A stretch of 50,411 nt of DNA from Lenisia limosa (GCA_001655205.1 LPNZ01011109.1:1-50411), one strand, 5' to 3'. Positions 9,579-23,552 are shown, numbered from the stretch's first letter. Numbers and translations are program-made. The notes: generated from the sequence alone by a model not told the origin.

Positions 9579-12500
9579 TTATTCAAAAAGGGGGAAGAAC
9601 ATCATCTTCAACCTGAAGGAGTAAATGAGAAGAAATGAGAGAGAAACCCTCACTTGAAAAGCAGAATCGGGGGGAAGGACTGGGACAGGTATGTTGAAGG
9701 AATTGATCTACAATGTTAGCAGTAAGGGAGAATCAAACCTTCTTTTTCATCCACCTTTCTTCATCTTGCTGTTGCTTGGCAAGATGGTATTTCCACAGGG
9801 GCTTTGCGCTCAATTCAGGGGCACCTTTGAACGCCTAATAAGTCAGGCTATACTTCCTCGGATCAATAGCCAACCGGATTGATTTCTTTGGCCAACATCC
9901 CTCCTCTATCGCTAACTAAGTCGCAGACAGTTTTCAATTCATTTCTTTGAAGTTCATCCAGTGCTGTGAAGCCCTGAAATATAAGCTATCTCATCGATAA
10001 CAACAAACTAACCAGTTTATCTTTGATATTGATCTTGACTTTTGCGTTAATCAAAAGATCAACAATTTCTGGATCGTCCTTTTCAAGATAGGCTAAAGGT
10101 TGCCTTCCCTAATTGACATGACTCCAGTAGACAACACAGTAGTTCACCAGTAGTTGGATTCCGAATACATTAACGCTATGAAAAGAGACAGTTTTTGAAA
10201 CACGAGAGAAAATACGGAAAGTACAGTGTTACGAAATCCATCACTCACCAAAAATCCTGGAGAATTAGGGTCTGCACCAGCCTCAAGGAGAATTTTAACT
10301 GCACTAGGGTTGTGAAGAGCGATTGCTCTGTGTAAAACAGTTTCGCTCTATAAATGTCATTCAAAAGAATATCTCACAAATTTGTTTTTCTTCGAAATAG
10401 AAGCCCCTGCAGTGATTAGGAGAGTAAGTGAATCAGTAGTATCCAGACAAATGCTGAAAAAGAGAGCGGTTTCTTTCTAAAATGGTGAATAGTAAAGTGA
10501 ACCCTCACCAATTCAGACTCAGCTTCAATATTTGCTCCTTTTTTGATAAGGTATTCAGCAACCTGAAACATTAAACACAATTAGAAAGTTAACCCTTCAA
10601 ATATTATTGAACTTTTTGGAAATTATCAGCTTCTCATTCAGAATGTGGTAATTCCATTTAAAACTATTAACCAACCGCATTTCTGTTCATGATTGCAGCA
10701 AGCATCAATGGAGTAATACCCTAAATAGTTATTTGGGGTGTATCGGATATCGAAAAATAAAGATAAGAAATGAAACAAGATTGCATCTGGCCGAAACCGT
10801 CCACACCATCACNNNNNNNNNNNNNNNNNNNNNNNAAAGGCTTTAAGAATAATATTGATAACGCCCTCAAAGAATACTAATCATATCATATCATATCATA
10901 TTATACAAATTTTATATTATTATCAATCCTGATGGTTCCCCACTTACAGAGTTGTTTGCATCCTCAATATCCATTCCCTTTTCTCGCAAGAACTTCACAG
11001 ATCTGATATCTCCACATCTTGCAGCCTCAGCAAGCAAAGAATTTCCCTAAAATTACAAAAATATCACAAAAAAAGACCCAACTTGTTTGTCTTTTGCATT
11101 CATATCAGCTCCATTGTCAAGAAGAAGGCGCATTCCTAATTCGTTTATAATACAAATTTTGATATTTTGATCAAAACCCACTCACCTTCAAAGTTAGAAA
11201 AACGGAAGGCCAGAAAGATCAATGGTTTTTCCTACATTTATGAATACAACTCAAGAAATAAAAACACTTTGAGGAGTTGTATCACGAATTGTACAAAAGA
11301 TTATAAAAGAATTCCAAAGTTTGTTCACACAAGAATTCTCATAACTGAAGTCCGCAATTATTATTAACAGTTAATATTGGTATGGAAAATAAATGTCTCA
11401 TCAATATCAGTTTTACTTCGCTCCTTTAAAATTTAAGAATTCAAAAAAATAAACTTCATACCATTGACGTTGTTTTGACTTCTGCTCCACACTCAATCAG
11501 ATAAGATGCAATCTCATTTCGACGATAATAAATAGCCGCACCAAGAGGGGATAGTCCAACCTAGACTATCACAAAGAAGTTCTGAGTTGAACTAAAATCC
11601 AAGAAGAGGAAAACTAACACTAGTATGATCAAATGATACACTTAATATGTCTTTAATCACCTCATTTTGAATATTAATGTCAGCACTAGCCTCAACAAGT
11701 AGCTTTGTCGTTTCTACACGCCCGTTGGCTGCATGGTACAGAAGAGGGGTGCTTCCCTAAACAGTGACTGAAAATTGATAAAAAAAAAGAAAAAATGCAC
11801 TGTTGGTCTGAATTTGTGGTTATAAAGAGTCCTAAAACCTCGACATCCTTCAAATTAAGATCCGCTTCCGCTTCAATTAAAAGTCTCACTACTTCAGCAT
11901 TCTGCTTGTATGCTGCAAAATGAAGAGGTGTAAACCCCTAAATTGATAAGTGAGACTAAATAAATAAAATAAAACACCAAACAACTTCCAACCATGTTAT
12001 CCTGGGCATTGACTTCTGATTGGTGTACAATATAATATCGCACAGCTTCATCATCTCCATCCATACACGCTCTGTGTAAGCATGTACGGCCCTGCAAATG
12101 GTCAGATTGTCACAGAAGCTGAATTACAATTGACTTACATCAACAAAAGTTGCAGGAATTTGGTTAGGAACTAAAGGCTGGCCTTTGATAATTATCAAAG
12201 CTTCCCCAACAGGATCAATGTCTGATTTTTGGTCAGCAAAGAGAGAAATAGATTCAAACCTGTAGGGCAGCCAGATGCGGTTGAAGGGACAAATTTTAAA
12301 TATCTTAAGGTCTCCTCTAAAAGGGTAATAATTGGGTAACAGATTACTTGACCTACCTCCTCGAAGTGATTTCATTAAAGGAGATATTTCAAAAGGCATA
12401 CGCCTCCATACCTCACCCTTTTTCAAGACAACCTCTTCCTAGAAAAATAACGAAAAGGCACTCCATACCCTTTTGAAACATTCTTCTTCTGAACCACCCA

Positions 12501-12706
12501 TCGACTCAACTAGCTTTTCAGCCAGTAACTGAAAGATGAAAAGAAAGTATAGAAATATAACAAACCTTGCGATGTGCCCTTGGATCAAAGGTTTCTCCTC
12601 TTCTGAGAAGGTATACTTCACCATCAATCCACTTAGCCTCAAGTGGCTCCTTACTTTCAAGATCTTTCTTCAAAAACTCTTCATCAAGAACAGGATAGTT
12701 TTCCAT
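9579..12706 (-). CDS. Multi-exon ankyrin-repeat protein with an unrecognised ~170 aa N-terminal region
   Basis: About 9-10 ankyrin exons: GRTCLHRAC, GFTPLHFAA, GSTPLLYHAANG, GLSPLGAAI, GKPLIFLAF, GNSLLAEAARCG, GITPLMLAA, ETVLHRAIA...GADPN, GRQPLAYL...INIKDK. ATG at 12706. The 3' end is 9579 if the last exons splice as read, otherwise 9863. Confidence 0.8.
10763..10872 (+). repeat. Dispersed repeat family copy 3, in an ankyrin gene intron, with internal N gap
   Basis: atctggcc.aa.ccgtccacaccatcac matches 38980-39007; after the gap aaaggcttt...aatattgataacg.cctcaaag matches 3351-3398; followed by (atcat)n. Confidence 0.8.
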
Positions 12707-13099
12707 GCTTGACGAACAGTAATCAACTATTCAGCTCTTTGCCAAATATAATAACTCTTAAACTTTATACTATTTTGATAATTTATTACTCATCTATGAG
12801 AAGGGAAAGGGAAGGAGAAGGAAGGAACTGAGGAGGATGGGGTCAGAAAAGTAAATGTAATTTCGTGAAGTTAGGCCAACATAAATAACACTGCCTTTCT
12901 ATTTCAATTTAAATGACTATATTAAAAGTAATATTACATTAAATATATAATTTTATCAAACATATTGGTTGACTAGTCTTGTGATTCAAAGTATCACCAC
13001 AAATGAGGTCATCCATAAACTGAACTGAACTGAACTATCGCCCTCCCTTTTAACCGTTTTTTTTTCTTTTTGCAAACTTATCTTTATATTTTGTTAAAA

Positions 13100-14841
<1,742 letters not shown>

Positions 14842-15066
14842 GTCTTCTGACTCTTGTATATTATGTACTTTTAGTTGTTATGGTCTTCAGTTTGTTTTGT
14901 GAGAGTGGATGACCTTAGGGTTTGAAGCCAAGCTTTCTTAATGTAGACTCAACTCGCTATTTCAATTTGGATATTTATTGTTTGACTATCGTGTTACAAG
15001 CCCATCACCAGGATCGTTATCCCTTTTTCGGTCTCTTTCCTTTCTCTTCTTTCCCAACCTAATAGA

Positions 15067-17021
15067 ATGGAAAACAGTCCGTTCCGTTTTGATTCTGCTA
15101 AACTTTCCTTATTTGGTAAGTTTCATTTTCTCTTTTAGTGGAGAGAGGTTCTTGATTTCCTGAAGAAGAAACAACCCAATGCTCTTCTGTTAGTCCCTTT
15201 CTAGTTTGTGTTATTTCTTTGGTGGGACCCCTATTGTTAGTGAGCTTTTTGCATTCATCTATTACCATGATTGAGACTGAAAAAGCCAATGTTCTCAATG
15301 TTGAAGATAAAGGGAAAGCTTTTTTAGAAAGAAAGGCCCTGTTGCCTTCACCTTCAGCTAAAGACCGCGACCCACTTCTTGTGAAACAACCCCTTCGCTC
15401 TCTTGCAAGTGACCTCATTGACTCTGATGATGGATACCAGTCCTCAGCTTTCTCAACTCCTTCTTCTGACGAACATACCCCTTTTGGACAAGGAAATCAG
15501 AGTCATGGCAAATGGATGTCGAGGCGCAACCTTGAAGCGATTCTTACAGCTTCTCCTGGAGGTTCTTCTGTCTCTTCACCTGGAGTGGGGTCATCACAAT
15601 CCCCTTTCCCGTTTTCACCCATGACCCCATGCACCCCTGGTGGAACTGAACTTCATCACTCAACTAAGAATCTCTACATTCGTGGTATGTTTTGAAATGC
15701 TTGTCATATTTTTTAGGACTGGAAAGCTACCACTCAGAAGAGACATTGACCGAACTTGCGTCAAAGTAAGAATTTAGTATTTGCTAACAGAAGTAGATAT
15801 GGCACAATCGAAAGTGTTCGCGTTGCAAGAAATCCGAGGACAAACTTATGTCAGGGTTATGGCTTTATCATGTAAGAGGGGGTTATGCCATTTGTAATAT
15901 TGACAATGTCAACTTTACAATAGTATACTATGTCATTTTATATTATTCGACACAAGTCATATTGTCTTCAGAAAACACAATTGTCAATTCGTTTGCAATA
16001 CCCTACATCTCTTTTCCTTGAGCTAAATTGCATAGGTTTTCAAAAGAAGAAGAATCTCAGCTTGCGGTTGATGAATTAGTCAAAAAGGGATTTGACGCTT
16101 CTCTTGCGAGAGTTTGGTATTATTTTGGGATTTCACAATTTAGGAATCCTATTCTCGCAAACTCCGTCGTTTCAGTGATACTGGTTCAACCAATCTCTAC
16201 TTCCAACACATTCCACTTGACTGGACTGAGAATGTAAGATAACATCCTCTCCTTGTATCGTTTTATTCCTCTTGTAGTATCCCGATAATATCCTTTTATT
16301 TTAACCTAAATAGAATTTGAACCATCATCTCCGCGCACATGGCCAAATCATGTCCTCTCGAATTTTGAGATCACAGGACAACGTTTCAAAGGGAGTCGGT
16401 TTTGCAAGGTTGTCAACGTGCAATTCAAAATTGAAATAATAAAATAACTAAACACATAATAAACAACTTAGAATGGCGTCCCGTCCTCAAGCTGAGGCAG
16501 CTATTGCAGGATTAAACGGGAAAGTATTTGTTCAAGGCCAGCCGTTCCAAGTACGTTTTGCTGATAGGTCTGTTTGGATACAAGTCAAAGAGCAATATCA
16601 TTTCGCTTGACAGTTCAGTGTGAACCAAAAGAGACTGAAGGAGGAGAGAAAGCTGCGTGACATTAAACATCAACGAATGGCTGCTGAGGCTGCACTATCT
16701 CGACAAATGGTGTGCTTTTCTAATACCACAATTCGTCATTTCTAACAGTCAAGACTGCTTACTCAGGAATGGCATCCGCTGCCCCCATGCATATGTCACT
16801 GCCCGTTTCACCAGCAACCCCAATGTACACCACTTACAATCCCTACTATTCCCCCGCTCTCCATCACTCCAATGGACTGTGGCATCCTTCGCCTCAGGAG
16901 ATGAACAAAGCTCGGGAAATTGGAGAAAACATTAACCAGGAGCAACCTGTAAGGATACCAACTACTCTACTTATTGAAGCTTTAGATTTCAACCCCAATT
17001 GTGATCAAGAAAAAGAAATGA
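15067..17021 (+). CDS. RBMS: RBMS/MSSP-like RNA-binding protein with two RRMs; start may instead be ATG 15267
   Basis: RRM1 KNLYIRG...YGTIESVRVARNPRTNLCQGYGFI; RRM2 STNLYFQHIPLDW...HGQIMSSRILRSQDNVSKGVGFAR...AIAGLNGK...FQVRFAD; Ser-rich N-terminus, Pro/Tyr-rich C-terminus ending ISTPIVIKKKK*. Confidence 0.78.
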
Positions 17022-18996
17022 TTTTATCTGTATTTAAGTTGTGTATCCCCTTTCTTTCTTTATTTATTACCCAAAAAGTGATCAGAAACATTCCATTGGC
17101 AAAGGAGCTTCAAGGAAAACGGCAAATCTACCTTGAATCCCTCTGTTTGCCTTTTGTACCTTTGGAAGCGTTGGGGTTTCAGCCCACGGTGCTTTTTCTC
17201 CTTCAAAGAAGTCCTGAGGGGGGAGCGAGCGGCGGACAAATGGCAAAATATTATCATCTTCCACACCCCTTTCAGGAAACCTCTTCATCTTGTTACACTT
17301 CCATTGAAGATGTGCAAGGCCGGATGAAATCTGAAAAATTACCGCGAGAGTAACTTGAGTTGAGAGTTGATTTTAAAAAAGCTTGCAATAGTTATCAAAA
17401 ATAATACTAACAAAGAGTGATAATAAATTCAGCAGACCTGTGGTTTCTTAATCTGAAACTTTTCTTCAACTTCAATTTCCAACGGGGAGACTTGGAAAAT
17501 AGCATCTCGGAGGAAATCTATAATAATAAGAATGCGGCAAAAATATTTACAATATTATTTCAATATCTGTTACAAACACACACTTTTACGCATAATAACA
17601 AGTATGATACAAGAAAAATCCGATTTGGTGGGGGGGGGGCAAAACAGTAAAATATACCATAAAGAATAAAAGGACAGCTCCTTTGCTAACCACTGATCAA
17701 GAAAGATGGGCGGGAAGGGGCGTGTTTTCTTCCACAAGTTCCCAGTATACTCTGTATTTTCTGTATTTTTCCCTTTACCCACTTAATGCTTCCAAAATTC
17801 ATACCATAACTTATAACCTGTACTCATAAGATATAGTAATTGATTTGTGGTGCACTCATTTTTCAATACCCTCATAAAACTACGGCGCTATCAACTTGCG
17901 AGCGGACAATGCTTATATTAGTGAGATCCCTGGCGATCCTTAACTCTCAGTAAAAAAAATTACTTTCGTATTCAGCTTTAGATGACACTTGTGAAGCAAA
18001 AAGTGTTAAGAATTGTGGAACAACGATCAACTCTCAAATCAGCAAATTGTGTGTAAATTTATTTCAATCCATTTTATTTTTCACTTCTGCCAGAAATGAA
18101 CACAGCAACCACCTTTTGTGGATGAGCAGCGACTGCCTTACGGTCCGGTTTCAGTCATCTGCTGTCATCCTTACATTTCTATTTATATATGTATTTTATG
18201 AAAGTTACGTGGGAAATACTGCTTCAATGACACTTCAATGATCTCTTCGATACTTTCTTTTTCGAACTTTTTTTTTGTTTTTGTTTTGTGGCGGAGTCAC
18301 TGTTTTTTGTGGATGAATTACTTTTATATAGTACAGTATATGATATATCACATAGATGATATCATATATGTATATATAATATATTATATGTAGTAGCTAT
18401 AAATATACTACTTGCAATAATTGCAGCAATTATTTATTTTTTGACGCAATTGACTGCTAATTATTTGAAAATAATTGCTTAATAAGTTACTATCTTTTGT
18501 AGAAAACTATTATTCAACATTTTATGAAATAAAACTAAATATTGAGTGCTTCAAAAAAAGACAAATATTGAAGGTATTCATTTCGAATCAGTTCTAAATG
18601 TGATCCTGAGATCCTTCGATATTTCACTTGTTTTAATAATTCCAAAAAAATAAGGGTGAATTAATCTGGGGCACAGTACGATAAGCTCCAAAAATCCCTC
18701 AAGCAATCCAAGTAGAGTGTGCGAGTGAGGGGAGAGAGGGGGGACCACCTTATCCTTGGCTGAACCTTACTGTGCACGTAAACAGGTAAGTTTTATAAGA
18801 TTTTCAGAAGAGGCTAACTAGGAATTTTTTTTTTGGCGTTTTTTTGGTATTATCGAGAAATCTGTTGCAAAATTTTGGTTAAAAGTGTAAAAATACAGTC
18901 TTTTTTGGTCTCATTTTTTTTAAAGAAATAATTTCCATGTAATCATACACATTTTACTCCCAGACATAGGAACATATCCCCATTTACAAAATATTA

Positions 18997-20851
18997 TTAT
19001 ATTATATAAGTATACATTTGAATATGGATACATGCTATTGTATTATATGACGTTGCGTTGACCCTTTGTGATGTAATATCTGACTTACTAGGGTTTTGGG
19101 AACACTCATAAAAGAGTCGGTTTTGATTGTCTCTTAAATTTGGATCAGCTCCGTTGTCGAGAAGCGTTGTCAAAGTTTGAATATGATTACCATACGACGC
19201 AAGATGCAAGGCTAGAAAATCATTCTTTTCCAATTGTGAACCAACCCGTTTCTGAGTCACGTGACAGAACTCTCATATTAATATCCAGAGCGTGGTGAAC
19301 AAGCAGCTCTTCAATTACCTCGGTGTGTCCTGAAACAATTTTAAATTGCAACAAATCGAAGAGGTAAAAATAGAAAAAGTGACTGAAATGTGCACCAGCA
19401 AATATAATGACCAAACAAAACTAAACCATCAGGATTAAGACAGTTAAACCAGTCAAACAACAAAGAGGATACACAGATAAATAGCCAATACTTTTATGAA
19501 AGTATCATTGATGAGAATAAAAAAATGCCGGCCTTAACTAGTTACGCACCTTGCATTGCAGCAATATGTAGTGGAGTGCGTCCGTTATTATCCATCAAGT
19601 TCGGTCGAAGACCACCTTCAATGTGATTTCCCCAACAATTCAACGATAAAACAGTCAAACATTTCCTTACCTGATCTTACTAAAACTTTTACAGCATCTG
19701 GGTGGTTTGCAAAACAAGCAAAATGTAAAGGAGTTCCACCAGAGTTCCTGTATTGTAATAAACTGTCTCGAACTAGTGGTTCATAACAGTCTTACAAAAC
19801 AAAGGTTTACTGCATACGAAGGAGGGTTGATAGAAATACCGAAGAGTTGTCCGTGAGCTAACAGTTCCCCAAGCATTGTAGGTGGGGAAAAGTGTGAAGC
19901 AAGGTGTAGTGGAGTCCTAGATTGGTGAAACAGAGTTTTCTTACCTTGGTGAATTCACAATAAAGCTTATACCCATACCATTTCAGTAAGTAGCTGTATT
20001 TAGCTCATTTTACACTTAGCAATTTTTGGGAGTTTTGGGGCTAAACTCAGCTTGAAGTTGTTTTACAACGTTAAGTACTATATTAAAGCTTTGTTTTAAG
20101 AGATAGAAAGAGGTAAAAGTCTCTTAGATGAAGAGAAAAAAGAGTGTTTAGCTATATCCACCTCTAGTAGAAATTATTAGCTAAGTACAAAATGAGCTAA
20201 ACACAGCTAAGTACTGAATGTTACAGGCTCCAGATCAATGTGAAAATTTCAACACATTTCTTACCGTCCTTTTTTGTCAGTTGTATTAATAGAAGCAGCA
20301 GGATTGGCAGTTTCTTTGAGAAGTATTCTCATTGAAGCAAGGTCTCCACTAAAAACATCAACAACATAACATCCCTTTCGAACTTTGCAATAGACCAGTG
20401 CAGCGGAGTAAATCCTTTTTCATCTTGCTCAGCTAACTCAAGAGGTGAACTTTCAGTAATTAATTCTTGAAGAGTTGCTACAACAATGAAAATGACACAA
20501 TTACTGACCATGGTCTCCATGTCGAACAGCATTATGAAGGGGGAAATGATTTGAAGCGACGCTTGATTCCTCATGATCTGACCAGCCAACAACGCTAATG
20601 CCATCATCCTCATCTTCAACCACCCAATACACGCTTTCGTCACAGCAAACAGTGTCATCTGAATCGGTGTCGAAAAGGTTCTGGCCTCCTTCGAAGGTTG
20701 AGTCATCGCTGGATTGTTCATCTGGATAAGAAAACAACAAGGAATAATCATTTTCTGGATAGACTAGCCCTTCTATTCTATCTTTTACACTTGACGTATC
20801 ACTTTCAGCTGATTCATCATTGTAAGAGTCAAGGTAATGATCGGACTCCAT
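18997..20851 (-). CDS. Multi-exon ankyrin-repeat protein with acidic N-terminus; 3' end uncertain
   Basis: HFPLHNAVRHG, GFTPLHWSI, RTPLHLAS, GGTPLHFACFANH, GRTPLHIAAMQGH, ETALHLASYGNH...GADPNLRD joined by GT-AG introns; D/E/S-rich first exon 20520-20851. Confidence 0.75.
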
Positions 20852-22570
20852 GCCCACAGACAAAGGACTCTATTTTCAAAGGTTCTCTCCTCTTAAAATA
20901 CTAATTACCTGCTGATTACTCTAATTATTAACAAAAAAAAAGAGGCTGACGGCTGAACGGCCAAGGAAGGACGTCGATTTGTAGATGACAAGATCAGTAA
21001 AAATGAGAGGCACCTATCAGGCCCTCCTTCCCCTTCTTCCTCTAAAAAGTGTTAACACATAATAATAAACTTAATAATAATAGAAATTTCTGTTTTTATA
21101 ATATCCTCTTTCTGGAACATACTGGGACATGATCAGTTTGCCCTTCTTATCTTTTATTGATTCTACCTCGGCTTGTTCCATATATTTTTCGCTTCATAAC
21201 TGTTTTTACTTTTTATCCTTAATATTAGGAAGGGAAATCAGCTAAAACAATGAGGAGATTAAGGAAAAATTCTGGCAAAATATGGACTCTAAAATGATTC
21301 AAAAATTCAATCAATTTGGGAGGTTCTTCACAGCTTTTTCTATCTATTCAATAAACTAATCCTTTCCATAATTTCCTTCCATTTTTTGTTCAGTTGTTAT
21401 AGACTTATATTAATTATTATAAAAAACATTTGAGTTAAAGCAAATTTATTTCCAAAACTTATCCAAAATTAAAAAAAAAAGATAAAGAAGTGAAAAAGAT
21501 AAACAGCTTATTGGGCAATATGCTTTGACTTTGAAAAATAATGAGATAATTCAAATTCTTCTAAATATTTCATCGCAGAAATATTTATTTTAGTAATACA
21601 ATAAAAGTATTTTCAAACTTTCAAAGATTGTATTTTTGTTAGACTCTCAAAATAAGAAGACCAATTTAAATCACAAGAATACAGCACGGTCTGCAATTTC
21701 AAAATAATTAACACTCACACAAATATTTTCAACAGGTCAATAATATCCCTGGCTAAGTTTGCTTTAATTATAATACTAATAATATACTACTTATCATATT
21801 TGCACATTGGAAAGAAAATCTTAAAAAGAACATGGGATTGATTCCAAACAAAGAAGGTCAGCCTTAACCCAGCAAAATACCAGCAAGCCCTACGATGTTA
21901 AGGAATTTAGTCTCTAGCTACAACTATCTTATACTTATAAATATAATATTTATGATTTCAAGAAAAAAACGGATAGAAGATAAATAGAATGCTGAAAAAA
22001 CCAGAACTAACTTGTGCACAAAAAAACAGATTGAGGTTTTCAGCCTCACTGAGTTTTTCTAAAATTACGCTTAGTGAAGATATTTCTGAGGACATGCCTG
22101 CTTTAAACTAATAATACAATATGTAAGCTCTTTGATTCCTGGTTTAAATAGATAATTAGGCCTGTTAGTAGCCTACTTTTTCAATGATCTTCTAGGTGAA
22201 TATTTTTATAACATTTGCAAATTGAATTTTTAAGTTTACTGTCGTGTTATACTCTTTTTATGATTTACCCTATTTTATACAACCCCTTATATTCTCTAAA
22301 AGAGCTCTGAGTTGCTTTCACTAAATAAAATAATGTAGCGTTGTGGTGTTTCCCTGACAATATATCAATAATAATATAATTAACATTGTTTAAAACTTAA
22401 TTCAGCAATAAAAATGACCCATGGTCCTTACTTACAAGGGCAGATCATATATAAGAGAACATCATCTAGCATTCTTATCAGAAATTGAAAGGTAAACATT
22501 CATATTTAATATTAATTATAACTATACTACACCTAAAGGAGAGCCTATAAGATGAACAAACGCTATTTAA

Positions 22571-22640
22571 AAATGGCGGGTTCGGTAATTAAAATTACAA
22601 AAAGATGATATGGAGTTTCTAAATGGCGGGCTTGTAATTT
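22571..22640 (+). promoter_or_regulatory. Candidate promoter element, duplicated AAATGGCGGG(N3-4)GTAATT, upstream of histone H1
   Basis: aaatggcgggttcggtaatt at 22571 and aaatggcgggcttgtaattt at 22621, exactly 50 bp apart, in otherwise very AT-rich DNA. Confidence 0.5.
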
Positions 22641-22703
22641 ACGGAGAGTGAAAAAACTATAAAAATTTTTTCCATTTATTTTGCCAACATCTCATTCATC
22701 AAA

Positions 22704-23162
22704 ATGTCTGTCGCTAAGGTTTCTCATCCGCTCTACACCGTCATGGCCCTGACTGCCGTCAAGGAATGCTCCGGCCGCACCGCTGCTTCTCTTGTTGCCA
22801 TCAACAAGCACCTCGTCGAGAAGTACCAGCTTACCCCCGCCTCTTGCCGTACCAACGTCAACCGCGCTCTCAAGAAGCTCGTTGAGGAGAAGAAGGTCGA
22901 GAAGATCAAGGCTTCTTACAAGCTCCTCGATGCCGGCAAAGAGGCTCTCAAGCCCAAGAAGGCCCCTAAGAAGGTTGTCAAGAAGGTCGTCAAGAAGGTC
23001 GTCAAGAAGCCCGCTGCCAAGAAGGCCGTCAAGAAGGTTGTCAAGAAGACTGTCAAGAAGGACGCTAAGAAGGCTGTCAAGAAGACTACCAAGAAGGCCA
23101 CCAAGAAGCCTGCTGCCAAGAAGGCCGCCAAGAAGACTGCCCCTAAGAAGGCTGCCAAGTAG
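22704..23162 (+). CDS. H1: Linker histone H1, intronless
   Basis: Winged-helix globular domain (SHPLYTVMALTAV...SLVAINKHL...VNRALKKLVEEKKVEKIKASYKL) plus Lys/Ala/Val/Pro-rich tail; strong codon bias. Confidence 0.93.
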   Translation: MSVAKVSHPLYTVMALTAVKECSGRTAASLVAINKHLVEKYQLTPASCRTNVNRALKKLVEEKKVEKIKASYKLLDAGKEALKPKKAPKKVVKKVVKKVVKKPAAKKAVKKVVKKTVKKDAKKAVKKTTKKATKKPAAKKAAKKTAPKKAAK

Positions 23163-23220
23163 ATTTTCTACTAGCAAATTCTTTTTTTCCGGATTCACAT
23201 TTGTGTGTTTCCTTTTACCA

Positions 23221-23244
23221 CAACGGTGTTTTTTAACACCAACC
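23221..23244 (+). promoter_or_regulatory. Histone mRNA 3' stem-loop
   Basis: caac-GGTGTT-TTTT-AACACC-aacc: 6 bp stem starting GG, 4 nt U-rich loop, A/C-rich flanks, 62 nt after the H1 stop. Confidence 0.85.
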
Positions 23245-23552
23245 TTCAATTCCCCAAAATGTTCTTTTTTTATTACTCAACTTCCTCGGATATATCTTCC
23301 GTCTTTCCTTAAAATACTAGGAGATGGATAGATATAATATATTATATTATCAATAATCTGAAAGGCCACCAAATTCGCTGAACTCGTTTTTGCCACAAAG
23401 CACTACTTAAGATCCCACTCTGTTTACTTTATACCTCCTCCTTCCCAATTGAAATGCACAACAAATATTATCACATCAATGAAACAGAAACTACCAAAAT
23501 ATCAAAACAACAATCTACAGCCAATTACCCTGAAGGTTTTCCACGGAAAACA

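Noticed and set aside
18090-18135. TFCG-TGA reading suggestive of a CGU selenoprotein motif
   Set aside because: No SelenoF-like context or recognisable SECIS, and another frame is open through the region.
21000-22560. 1.5 kb very AT-rich spacer as a hidden gene or element
   Set aside because: No convincing ORF, splice pattern, terminal repeats or RNA motif found by eye.
22692-23331. Long overlapping ORFs on other frames and the antisense strand of H1
   Set aside because: By-products of biased, repetitive Lys/Ala codons.
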